DNA of 56,615 bases, counting the filler, from Dimargaris cristalligena (taxonomy: Eukaryota), in assembly GCA_003614675.1 (NCBI GenBank). It is 3 parts of 3 records of this genome, joined end to end, with 100 filler letters (N's around TTAATTAATTAA, not from the genome) between each part and the next. Parts side by side here need not be neighbours in the genome. Positions count along the whole stretch, not along the records: positions 18,930 to 37,745 come from ML002753.1; 2 more parts are not named here. One strand, given 5' to 3'. The position numbers were made by a program, and so were the translations under genes. The stretch's first letter is position 1, and the number at the start of each line of letters is the position of its first letter. Below the pieces are notes generated by a model. It saw only the letters and a program-made list of their open reading frames with translations, searched no databases and was not told the origin of the DNA. This document shows, one piece after another, positions 21,558 to 34,536 of the stretch.

Positions 21558-24500
21558 GGTGACCGAGATAATAGGGGAAGCGAATATCAATAGTAGCCAC
21601 AAAGGGGATAAAAGTAGGGAATGAAAGAGAGAGATACAAAAATAGATATTAAGGCGAAAGAAATACGCAATGTGTCGATAATAAAGTAGAGCCAACCGAC
21701 AAAAATACACGCAAAGCTGCACAATGTGAAAAGTGGGGAGCGCTGTGGGGTGCTTATATAATTATGGAAACACTGGTAATTCAGGTACGATTGGGCCAGC
21801 GAGGGGAGGGGCGAACCCAAGGAAAGCCTTGATGCTAAATATGGTAAGGATAATCAGTGAGCGCACAGTTGGGCTATACAGCACCCGAGCGAGATGAGAG
21901 GTTTGCTGTGAGAGCTTCGGAGTGTGTTGGTGCGAGGGGAAAACGATTGACGTGGACATGCACGCCGCTTGGCCCATTCAAAACACTGGGGCGAAGGAGA
22001 TGGCCAGTGAGGCAACAATAAAAGGAAAAAGAAGGAGCAAGACCAATTGGAAACCCGTTTAAGTTTAAACGGCTGGGGTTGATCAGAGAAGAAAGTGGGG
22101 CCGAAGTAAGGAGAAAGGGGTCGTCGAGACACGGCGGAGAATATCAATCGGAGACCAACTATAACCGGACGCAGGAGAGAGCTAAGGCAGGGGCAACTTC
22201 AATAGTTCCAACGGAGCAAGAATAGACAGCGAGGACAGGGGCGTTGACTAAACAGCCACAAAAACAAGGCGGGGTGGTAAATCACGCTGCTGAGCAAGAG
22301 ACCAGGGCTTAATCTGGAATATGTAATGGTGTGTCAATAAATCAAGGAATAAGTGACTCAAGGTTATGGGGCGGGCTTGGGTTTATATCCACGGCAGCCG
22401 TGTAGTTTTAGTTGGGTCCGGTTCAGCCCGAAGGACGTATCTGAGGAAAGAAAACGTCTGGGATGGTACAGAAACGCGCTACTGTCCTGTATGTGTGCCA
22501 GGGTAATGGTAGCTTTCATTGGCAGACCCTTGGTTTGCGGTACCTTCCCATGGGCCAGTCACCGCGTCGCCAGCTACACCATTGGCCTTACCGCTGCGCG
22601 TAACGGCAGTGAAGTTTTCGGTATTTGGGGTGCACAACCGCGGCAAGGTGGCCAGACTATTAATACCATCGAATCACCAGGGTGAGGTGGATGGGTATCG
22701 AACACAACGCCCAGCTAGATCCACAATTGGACCTAGGCAGCGCGTTAAGGCCAAGCTTATGTACGACTACCGCCTAGTCCATTACACCTACTCTAGAAGC
22801 CATATAGGTAGCTTGGTCTAGTTATCTATCTGTAGGTTTCCCCTTTCCTGCTCGGCCAAGTCCCAACTGCACCAACATTCTTGGACTCACCCTCGGGATA
22901 GCTGGTTACAGCCGATAGTCATAATGATTTGACAAGCTCCGGGCCGGTACCATTGTATAAAAACGTTGTCACTAGACCGACGGGCAATCGCACTGCTCCG
23001 ACTTTTCAGGCGTGTTGCGAATCGACCGCCTAAAACCCGTAAAATACTATGAATACATTCTGAAACAAGCGGATACCCCTTCTATTAAAAGACCACTTTC
23101 CCCCCATGATCCGGCCTTTGGCTTTGGGTTGCACAGCGGGGGCATGTGGTATTATTTTCTTCCAATCATACCGTAACCTCAGGACACTTCAGCTTTATCA
23201 TTTTAAGACCATAGCCAAGCCAATAGCCCCATCAACCAACTAACCTTGGGTGGAGCCAACCGAACCCGCACCCCGGTGCCAAACCGCTCGGAAGTTGAAC
23301 CACATAAAGCACCTTTTAATCGGATGGCTTTGAGAGCAATATTGCACCTTACAAAGTAAGTGCAAGTTCCGTGCAGGCTGAAATGTTCCGAGGTCCAGCC
23401 ACAGTTAATTAATATTGTCGTGGCACCCGTGCCTAACTATACCGCCCTTTGGTCGACGGAGGTTTCGCTGATTGAATTCGGAATATTCTGGAGCCTAGAT
23501 TTAATCCCTTGGAAAAATCCATGGAAAAGAAGGGGTGAGGGGAAAGAGGTGTTATTGAAAGGTACATGCCCCTCCCTTCTTCTCAGAAGGGTTAGCCATA
23601 GGATTGGTCGACAAGCCCCCTAACTCGATTCTCCGAGTATTCACCGCCCCTTACCGTCTACTGTTAGCTACAAGGGAGCTTTTTGCCGGAAATATTTCTG
23701 GTTAATAGGTATAGGTGTATACTAACGAGAAAATGAAAAAATACGCCAGGTACATTTAATACGGGTCTGAGAGGAAATGGCCCGCAGTTCAAGCTGAGCT
23801 ATTTTCTATTTACATTATCAGTATGGTCGTCCAATACTGTAATGGAGGGGAAATCCTTGGGGTGCTTACCCAAACGGTTACTAATGCCCAATTGACCGTA
23901 TTCCGCTCTGGTAATGACGTCGTTCTAGGTGGCGATAGTTTTCAATGTAAATATTGTGCCTCAAAACTTAGTATTGCAGGGGTTTAAATGACAATCCTAA
24001 CAAACCACCCCATGCCTCCAATTTTACCAAAAGTGGGTTAGTGGGAAAGTAATTAATGCCAGCTGATGATGTGGAATGGAGGTTTTCGACTGACCAACAC
24101 ATTTGGCCGATTTAGGCCAATGGCTAGGAAATGTTCATAAATTAAATCTACCCACACTCGTCAGTTATTTAGGGAAAGCAGATGTGAAGTATCGCCCTCA
24201 CACCCACTTTATTCCCATACACTGCTTAATATATGTACATTGCGCCATTGGGGCCGCTCAGCAGGAAGTGCACAGCACACAGTTCAAGGCGGGAAGACAC
24301 CGATTCTGAACTTCCATAGTCCCAATTATACCCACCCAAGTTGCGATTTTCGAATTATGATTCAGGTGTTTTTTGTATGTTCACGAATCGTCGGCAATGG
24401 ATGGGTGTAGACAAGTCTTACTACGCAGATCATCTACTGAGGAGACGGAGAGACGATCCTACAGCATTGCTACCCGTTTATTCCTTCTTGGAAAGGTGAA

Positions 24501-26108
24501 AGCCAATCCCCATATAGAAAGCGTACTTGTCTCCATGTGCCGTCGATCCCATAGCAGCGCGTTGAGCCACCGTTGGTTACCCCGCTGATCAGGTGGGGTT
24601 ATACATGGACGAAATAGCTCACTGTAAAAGGGCGCACGGCGGATGCCTATACCCATAAATAAACCTCCGATTTAAGGGGAGCATAAACAAATCGGCAGAA
24701 CTCCAGAAGGGATATTGCAATTGCATAATGCCGATGAGTATTATGGGTGACCCGTAGCTCAGCCAGTCTCGTCGCTGGTAATGTGTTATTATTATCGTTT
24801 TCCTTAAGTGAGAATCAATAAAAGGAGCCTAGCTAAGTTATATATGGAAAACATAATACGTTTACTGTACTGGACTATATCGATTAGTCATGTATTACCA
24901 CCTAATTTGCCGTATCGGGCTAGGCCGTCACGGACGACTGTTTTGCTAATCGGCTGAATTTTGATTCAAAACTCCGCTCATTTCCCAAGGTCTGCTATTC
25001 TTGAAAAAGGTGGGCAATGTATACGATGTTCTAGGGAATGGGCATTGCTTAATTTATTCACAGTCAAATATCTTTTAAAATACTCAACGGTATTCACTAC
25101 CGACACGCTAGTAAGCCTAGTTCCCAACTATATTTGCATTGCAATTGTCACCAAATGGGTTACTTTATGCACCCCTCAGTATCCACTGAAATGTACCAGG
25201 ATACTCTAGCCTGAAAAGAATGAACCGCTGTCGATTTCGGTGAGTCGCGGTTTTTCCACGCCTACCTTTTTAATCGCTTTACCTGGGAGTGCACGGCAAT
25301 TAGGACCTTGCAAGATCTCCAACCCTCAAAAAGTCAAGACTATGGGCTTGGTCGAGTGAACCATCCATTTTTACTTGAATCCGATTGCCAAATTATAAGG
25401 GTGAGTGAGGGAATGAGGCTTTACTGCGGAGGCCTTCCATATATCTTCCGATATTATTTGGAGTCCAATATGAAGGCTATAGTATCCTAACTATTTCCGG
25501 TAGTGGATAACCAGTATATTTGAATGTCTGGGGTGTTGATCAAAATGGGCCAGACACGTTCCACATAGGATGCCTATAAATGATTACGAGATCCTATATT
25601 AATCGATCATCATTTCCAGCAGGGCGTTTGAGACTTGGGGTGGTGTTTGTATGGGTCGTGTGTGGTTTATAATGCATCCGAATCAACTTTATAACGCAGG
25701 TCGTGGTTGGCGAGCGCAAGGGCCTCGGTACATCGGCTTTTAAAGCCATTTCCTTTTGATGGAAATTAAAGAAAGCTTCGGTGTTAACATTAAGAAGGGT
25801 TTCAAGCTATAATGAATCTGCGCCGTGGTATGACTATCAACCTTCCCTTTAGAGCCAAAGTACCATATCAACGTGCTTTGAAGTGATCATTAACCCGGGT
25901 AACCAAAAACATAAGTATTTTCAGTCGTAGTACTATGAAATAACGGGCTATTTTTATATAGTCAATAAAAGTCCTGGCAATACCCTGGCGTATATATGAG
26001 GCTAGTTAGGGTTAGCTCGATACCTGCAAGGTATGCGATAATAAATAATACTAAAAAAAGAATCAACAACTGGCGTCTTGTAGCCAACGGTAGAGGGGGG
26101 CTAGACTT

Positions 26109-27461
26109 CTAGTTTTGAAGGTATTCGTAGAGTCGGAGCAGGTTGCGCTGAAGCATGGCCACCGTTACCTTACCGACCGACGGCACGTAGATGGAGGCCT
26201 TTTGCTTGACATCATCCTCGAAGTTCTTGAATGTGGAAAAGTTAATGGCCACCACTCCGTCCTTCAGCAAGCGGGTGGGCAGTTTGTACTGGGCGACGGG
26301 TACACCGGTAATCACCACATCCGAAAGGGGCACGCACTCCTCCAGTCGTTGCTGGGTTTCAAACACTTCGTGTTTTTTGAGTTGGATACCTTCACCGCGG
26401 TGGAATTCCAGGACGTTGTGGATATCGATGGAGTAGACCTTGGCGCCGTCGTTGGCCAGAAGAGCCGCTAGGGGACGGCCCACCACTTCACTTCGGTTGA
26501 TGATCGTGATGGTGCGTCCGTGGAGGCGGTTGCCATACGGGAGAATTTTGTTGTAGACTCCAACGTGCTCCAGGACCTGCAAGGGAAACGTATAGGGCAG
26601 TACATTGAACGTACATGGGGGATGAGTCGATACAAGGTAAGAATACGCCCATTGCGGGAGGCCACCAACAGTCCCGACTACCACTGGCAATAGTACTATT
26701 TACATAATTCGGTATGATGAAGCTGAGCAAATGGGACCCCGGTTTTAGATTATTACCTTCACAACGGCCAACGGAGTGCAGGGAATAATGCACTTCCGGG
26801 ACTCGGCCTCGTCCAGGTACCGAACGTTGTGGTACATGTTGTAACAGTAGATATGGCACAGTCCCTCGACGTCCTTTTGGGGGCTCACCACATTCTGGAT
26901 GTACTGATCCTGGCGGTCGCCGAAGACGGGGTAGTAGACCAGAATGCCATGAACAGAGGGGTCCTCGTTGGCTTCAACCACCTTGTTTTCGAGCAGGTTA
27001 CGGTCCACCTGGCGAAGCTCAAACTCCACCCTCGTTTCGGCACAGGTTTTAGCGGTCCATTCGGCATACTTGGCCGCGGCCGGATCGCTGTTGGCCAAAA
27101 AACCCACCAGCTTGGGGTGCAGACCGTCGACTTCGATGGCCTTTTTGAGCTGCTCCCTATTAGGTGGAAAATTATTGATCAAAAAGTGGGGTGGATAGTA
27201 GTCACAATTAATACGGGTGGGCTATTTAGCAGGGTCGAGCCTAGTTGCGTTGGCCCGTTGGGACTATCGCTTGGTCCCTAGGTCAAAGTTGGGTCTATAT
27301 TCAAAAACTATTGCTATGCAGCCTAATAGGAGTGTAACCGCCGGAGACAGAACGAGCTGCCGACCATGTGAACCCTAGTCTGTGCATATATACATGGGTG
27401 GGGGGGTTACCTACACGAAGGGCTTGGCAATTTCGGAGGCAAGTACAGTTTTTCCGGGCAT
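26109..27461 (-). CDS. MTD1: NAD-dependent methylenetetrahydrofolate dehydrogenase (exons 27461-27415, 27156-26757, 26576-26109; 304 aa)
   Basis: Motifs LVGFLANSDPAA, KDVEGL, PCTPLAVVK, INRSEVVGRPLAALLANDGA, DVVITGVP and VGKVTVAML match yeast Mtd1 as I recall it. GT-AG introns keep the frame. Confidence 0.95.
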
Positions 27462-28699
27462 GGTGGGCGGTCAAGGGTAGTTAGAAAGGGGGGTGGATGA
27501 ATGGGTTGAGGGAGAATCGGGAAAGAAGCTAGCAGTGTGCGGCTTTGTCTAGGGTCAACCAGTAGGTTCGTAGTGCTCGCTAGCCAAGAAAGGTGGACAA
27601 ATATGCTTATTGCAACAGGGGTATACAGGTGGGTAGCACAGAAGAGAGAGAGGGGTGTCTGGGAATGCTCTTTCCTCAGCAGAAGGGTTCTAATAGATAC
27701 AGCTGGTGGCGAAGAGGCGATCTCTCTCTCTCTCTCTCTCTCTCTTGCATACTAGGGCAAGTGTGTCCATCCATTGCCTCTCACCGATACTGCTTTGTAA
27801 AAAAACCAACCGAGGCTGCTTAACTAGGAACGGACCTATCAGCAAAAGACCCATTTATCATACTTCGCCGTGGTTGGCCAGCAATTTTTATCCACTGCCC
27901 TTTCCATGCACATGTTGTTTGGTTTGGCTTGTTTGGGTTGGTTCCCAACCCCAATTATACCGTCTCCCCCAATTCCCCGAAAATATGGGGCAATCAGCTA
28001 ATATCTAGCGGTCTAAACATTTAGTGTGGTGGATGGGGTGATTCTCTTGGATTATTATTAGCGTAGAGGTCATTATATTTAGTTGTATTCTGCTAGGGAT
28101 TGCAGCTGTCAACCGAGGAGGCAGCGCTTATTAGATCTTATTGGGGAATCTCTATTTTACATACCGAGATTGAAGATTTCTAGCAGAACCACCGAAATGA
28201 ATACTAGGATGCGGTTGGTTCGGATCGAACTGGAGTCTAGCTGAAAAAAATTGGTTGTTGCATCAGGTGTTGCTAATAAATAGCATAATTCGGGCTTAAG
28301 TATACCCCACCCGTTACTGTAGATCATTTTAATCAGCACTAGTGCATAGTAGCAGCATTAGCATCCAATACCTCTGTGCCCAGAATAAGCATGCAATACC
28401 CTCGAATTCTCGCACTAGTCCCATGGTAGGTGTATCCAAGGCCCTTTTTAGCTATTACAGGAGGATCAGCTCTACTGAACATGGCCTAGAAAAGCAAAGA
28501 ATTGATTCGCATCCAGACTATGTTGCTTATTAGCTGGCCATTAATCACAAATAAGCAATATTCTTATAAGGTTTATAACTTCGATGTACCATCTTGTAGC
28601 AATCAGATGGCCATTTAGAGGGCAAGTAAGAGACAACAAGGTATATTATGTTTTTTAAAGCCCCCATGCTTCTCTCGTTCACTCTCTCTAGCAAGCTCG

Positions 28700-31600
28700 T
28701 CAAGTTTGGGCCAGAATCACATGTCCCAAGAGATTATACGCCGCGGGTAAACAAGTCATGGCCAAGGGGCCTAGCAATAGACCATGGGGACCAAAAGCCC
28801 AGAGTCCCAGAAGGATGCTAAGGGCGGCGAAGAAAGGGTTGGTGTCAGGGATCGCGGCGTAGAATACGGGATCCACGAACCAACCGATGGCGACGTGAGC
28901 GCCCAGCAGGGTGATGGCATTTAGCAGTTGGCCCTGGGCCAGGAGCCATAGCGTAGGCGGGACAGCGATGCACCAGGGAGAAACCATGGGTACTACCGCG
29001 ATGACGCCTGATACGAGGGCGCACGTATACCGCAGGGTATCGATGCCCCAGTAGCGGAACGTCACCCACGTCCAACCGATATGGAACAGTCCCATTTGAA
29101 GGGAACATAGAAGAATACCGCCGATACTCCGTTCGAGGGCGCGGCGAATCTGTTGTTCACGGTCCACAAATACCAGAACCCGCCCAAGAGAGTGTAGCAC
29201 CGACTGCTCCTGCACTACCAGAGAATAGAGGGTAAAGAAGAAGAGGAGGAGTTGGAAAAGGACATCAAACCCTACCGTGAAAATATGCAACAGGGTTAAC
29301 AAACTCAGACTAAGGGCCCGGAGGGCTTCGTTCCCCAATGCGGCTAGTTGGGCCAGAGTGGCCGCCCGGGCGGCCTCAATGCCCAGGTGGAGGGCTCGGT
29401 AGCGTTCACTGACCTGGGTGGCTAGGTAGTGGCCCAACTCTTGGGTCGCCCGCCAGTAGTGCACGGGGTATAACCAGTAGGTCCAGTCACTACGGAGCAG
29501 GGTTAACTTGAATTGGCCCAAGTGGTGTAATGGATCCGGTGGAGGAGGGCATAATAATTTGGCGCATTCCGAAATGGCGGCAGTGGGAGTGCCAAATGGG
29601 GCGTCCGAATGTGGGGTACATATCGCACAAGACGGGGGAGCCGCCGTGGTGGACGCACCCGTGGGATTGGCCGTGGTATCACCGTCTAACGAATCCCGGG
29701 CATTGCTCAACCGAGGAACGGCCGGTAGGTTAATCGGGGTAAATTTCTGGCCCAACGCAGCAGGTTCACCACCCCCCCCCTCCTCCTCCAGGACGAGAAT
29801 GGGCCGCTCCAAGAGTGGATGGTTTATTCTTGCCACCAATGATAGAGCCAAGATGTTTTAGGGCCATAATATGACTTTGGCTGTAATCCCGGTAGGGCTT
29901 AGATTGCTCAGCATCGGTTACGGGAACCAGTGGGTCTGTTGACGATAGGGGGGACGAGGCCCAGGGCGCCCGACCGGCATTCAAAATGATGGTATTATCG
30001 AAGGTCTCCCCTTTGAAGGCCAGGTATTGCTGCCGGAATCGCTCATAGAGGGTGGCGGCAGTGAGGTTAGAATCGGGGTAGTATTCCACCAATTTGGTAT
30101 TGACCCAAGTCGATAGCTCGCCCTGCACCGCGATGGATAGCGTAATGAGATGTCGGCTTAAAGTTTCGGAGACCCCCGTAAAATTGTTATTGCCCGATAA
30201 CCAGGGATGGGTGGAGGCTACCGAATCAGCGCCTCCAAAACCTCCCCCCACTGCCAACGAATTACCACCGCTGTTTACCCGGGCCTCGAGAGCACTGATT
30301 TCGGTCATGAAATTGTAGGAATCATCCAGGAACTGGGCCGTTTCTTCAGCGGTTTTGTAAAGTAGATAACCCATGATAACTACCGTGGCCGTCGTCATGC
30401 CACAGATAAGAAACGTCGTGACAATCTCATTGAGATTGGCGATTACAGTAGATTTAACATAGCGATTGCAGTATTTTGTAAACAGGTAGATAGAGTGCCC
30501 TACCAGGCCCACAGCCAGACTGCATTGGCAAAGTAGGGAGTAGGGGATACCCAAGACGAGTGCACCCAGTCGAATCAGGGCAGATCCCAAAGAAGCGAAA
30601 AGGGAGCGCGAAGTCGGTTCTGAGGTCTGAGGCTCCGTTGGATCATTCAACACGGCTGATTCAGGGATTTCGGGATTTTCGGGGTTTTGCTGAAGCACCG
30701 GGGTTTGGGTGTCCGGGATGTCTGTAGTGTCAGAGAGGAGTGGCGACGGGAAGGGAGATGGACTGCTCATTACGCCAGTCATGGCCCGTGGGCGGCGGTA
30801 GGCCTTAATACGGCGGGCGCTCCGGCAACTGTCATCGGAAAAAAAGGCACTCTCGTCATCACTCATAGCCGAAGTGGACGGAGGTTCCGGTGGAAGTACC
30901 GGGGACTTCTCCGGACTGGACTGGCATGTCAAGCAAACCGATGACGGGGCTAATCCGGGTATGGCCCTTTGGCGACGAACCACCCTTAGACACCCACGGA
31001 GGGACCATGATCCCGCCTGGGACAGCCGGGTCTGCATGTGGGCAATATGGGACCGAAGCATATACCCGATAAAATGGTAGGTGGAGTGCATGACCAATAC
31101 CAGGCAAAGCCCCATGAAGACCATCTGCAATTGCGTGAGGGTGACAAGGGACCGACTGAGTATGTCGTACGCGATGGTGAATATACAAAGGCGGAAGACT
31201 AAGCTAATCCACCACCATGACTCGCCCCAACTACCATCATGTATATCCTGGGGCCAAGTGTCGGAGATGGGAGTGCTGGCAGTAAAATTTGAGTTACTGG
31301 GCGCAGTGTGGGTCGCCCCTGCGGTGCCGGCTTTGGGAAACAATCGCTGGGGACCACGGGGGAAGGGCGAGCCGGTGGATCGGAACTGATCCCCGAATGT
31401 AAATGGGGGGATATTAGGGGTGCGAAAAATAATAGGGGAAATCCGGTCCAAGAACCGCCGTTTAACGCTGTAAAGTCCCTTGGAATGGGAGTCCGCCAAG
31501 TAGGACGAGTTTCGCATGGGGGTGTGCGGAGTTGCAAAGGGGTGGGGACTGTGTGTGGCTAGGTTCTGACCTGGAGTACCGCTAAGCTTGGACCGGTTCA

Positions 31601-33057
31601 TCAGAGGGGTTTGGTGTCGAAACGTCGTGGCAGTATTGGCGAGAGGGGCAGAGGGGGTGCTGCTACTCAGTCGGGGACTGTTATTATTGGCCACAAGGGA
31701 ATTGGAGTGGAGATGGCGCGGTGGGCCCCTGGTGGACCGAGAGAGTGTTCCCGGTAGGTGACTGGATCCCAATGTAGTGGAAGCCGTTGGAGTAGCACCC
31801 ACGGCGAATTCGATTTTACCGACTATGGCGGGCCGACTGGGCGGGATACTGGGTGTTGTTAATAACTCGTCGATTGATGGAGTGGGTCTTTCGGTGATGG
31901 TATCCTGTATTTTCCGAGATGGGGTCTCCTCCATCAGGGAGGCCGTGGTAGGGCCCCCTTTGAATTGGAAGGGTGGTGGTTGTGAGGCTGGAGTAGCCGA
32001 ATCTAACTGAAAATCGCCTTGTTGAGTAGGGCTCATACTGCTAAAGTAGCCGTCCTCACTCCCCGCATCCAACTCGCTTTCCTCGATATCAGTACTGTCC
32101 GGATGGGGTTGCGGGGTCGGGGAGCCCCCAAAGGACTGGGCGATGGGGGATGGACCATTCGCATGGGCGGCATTAAACCGAGGTAAATTCTCCTCTTGGA
32201 CCACTGGGTTTTCCTTACGCTTGGTCGGCCCGGATTTTGCCCAGGCGGTAGGTGAAGCCTTATCAGTGGGTGGTGGCCGGCACTGGCATCGGGCATTGAC
32301 CGGTTTCTTGGCGGCCTCCTCATCTGATACGGTAGGAGGAAGTCCAGCGGACTCGGCTAGCCCACGGATCAACTCCATGTATTCGTGGGCTACCGCAACG
32401 AGCAATTCATACACTGTCTGACCAAGTAGAGTCGTGAGAATGAAATGTAATTGCTTGGTGACTAGCCAGGGGCCAATGGAGGCGTCAGTCGCCGCCAATT
32501 CCTCCCGAAGGTAGGCGACGATATGCTTTTTGAGGGCGTGCATAGGCACGGATAGGGCAGCCGCCCAAAATAGAGCGGAGAAATAGGGCTGGAGTCTGTG
32601 GGTGTATGGTTATGGTCAATTCCGCCCATAGAATGGAATAGAATCGGAATGGAGTTAAATATGGGCTTAGTTATCAAAACTCACTGCTATAGCGGTCAGC
32701 CAGTGGCGGTGGAGTTAAATGATGAATGATAGTGGAGTCCCGCAAGCATGTGGGTATTATTTATACCGTGGTCACTGTAAAGCCTCACTGTTTAGGGAAC
32801 ACACCAGAGCGTACATTGCGGGGAGAAGGGAGTACTTACAGGACATAATTGAGCCAAACGGCAATGAGTACGGCCAGACCCACAACATTGACAATGAAGT
32901 GGAGGACGGCGATTTTAAGCTGCTCCCGGTCTACGAGCGGGTGATTCAAAAGCAGGGCTCGGGTCGTGGGGCTGTTGGCGTTGAGTCCAAGGCCTGGGTA
33001 CGATTGCTTGAGTGGGGTGGGCGGAAGTTTGGCCGAGGCCAAAGGAGTGGTCTTCAT
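28700..33057 (-). CDS. TMEM245-like / AI-2E (UPF0118) family multi-pass membrane protein; exon 33057-32840, exon 32595-28700 with an apparent 1-nt frameshift at 29772-29780 (~1370 aa if corrected)
   Basis: The spliced N-terminus ..WLNYVLLQPYFSALFWAAALSVPMHALK and C-terminus SILLGLWAFGPHGLLLGPL resemble TMEM245/AI-2E. Intron CT|GTAAGT..CACAG|A. ORFs 29766..32549 and 28700..29851 fuse if one G is removed from a G9 run. Confidence 0.8.
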
Positions 33058-34536
33058 GGCTGGTTCATAGACTTGAGCGGGAAGTGTTAAAAAGGTATGC
33101 AGGGCTAAATAAGAAAGATGTCGTGGAAAGGGCAATGGGAACTTCGGAGTGAGAAATGCGCAATCGGGACTTGGGGTTTGGTAGGAAAGGAAATTAGGCT
33201 AAAAACTCCGCGGGAAAGTAGGGAATGTCAAGTACATGCGGAACCAAGAAAAACTTAGAATAAGATAAAATACGAGGAACAGTAAAACTCCCGACAACTG
33301 TCAGTATAGATTGATAAGCAGACAGTAAAGTACCGCGGTATTACATATATAGGGAGAGGGTTTATCTCATAAAACTGTTAAATCCCTCTAAACATTTCCT
33401 ACTAGCAGGTCTACTATTCACTCTAACCTTGCATCAACCTACTCATTGATTAACAATTAGACCACTGTTCGTCTACAGCAATGGTAGTTCGCAAAACCCT
33501 TACTTGTTGGGGAGGACATGGGTTATAAAGACGACCAGGTTCATAGTGACCGCCATTACCTGTTTAAATGCCCTAAAGGTATCCTTCTATATCCGTAGAA
33601 CTGAGTAGATTGGGGCGAAGGGGCACAGTACTTCTGTGCGTAGCGAGCCCCCTTGAGTCAGCGTATCCCAATGATCAATTGGTCCAACTAAATCAGGGCA
33701 TAATGAGCCCCTTCTGTACTAACAGAATTGGCACACAATTTATGTTCTGAACCACTATTATTGAAACACAACACCAACAACCCATTGACTTCCTATTCAT
33801 GTGTCTTCGCATGGGCAGTGATGGGAAACTAAACAGTGGAATGCGCACAAAGTAAATCAGTAAATCCCAACTATGCTACAAATATTAGTGGCAATATTTT
33901 ACTTTGGACGAGCCCAGAGAGGGCAGAAAAGCGCAGCTGTTATTCCATAAAGTACCAGCCAAGTCGGAGAGCTTTATTCATATATATATAACTAGCCCCG
34001 GAATGTATCAATGTCCCGCCCTTATCACCCCGTCCTGGTACGTCTTCACTAACTCTTTAACCGGCCTCTAAAAATAAAATAAGATCCAGTAAAAGGCACC
34101 GAACTGTAAAAAGGAAGTGTCAATTGGCAAATCGAAGCCTTAACCAAAACCAAATTCGAAAGGAAATAAAGATTTCCCAATGGAGTGCTCACCATTTTAC
34201 AGTGTGGTTGTAATCCATCTTAGGCTGATAGGGTTTACCTATACATTCCCCAAGATAATAAGACCAGTATACATGGATTGTATTCTCATAAAATAATATG
34301 GCAAATGAAGATAGGAGGTCTAGGTCCCCTTTTGGATGTAGGCATATGCCATCATGTCCTTTATTCGACGAAATGGGTCAGAAAAAATGAGTTTAATAAA
34401 AGGGAAGAGATCGGGGGAATCAATGATCTTATGGCAATGTCTCCGTTCAAATATACTATACCAATGTCAGTAGGTGAGAATGTCAGAGAATGGGGCGGGT
34501 CAGAGTTCAACCAAATTAACCCGCTGGTGATTGGAA

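Noticed and set aside
21600..26100. Scattered short ORFs between the GPI gene and MTD1
   Set aside because: None has a recognisable domain or a consistent splice chain.
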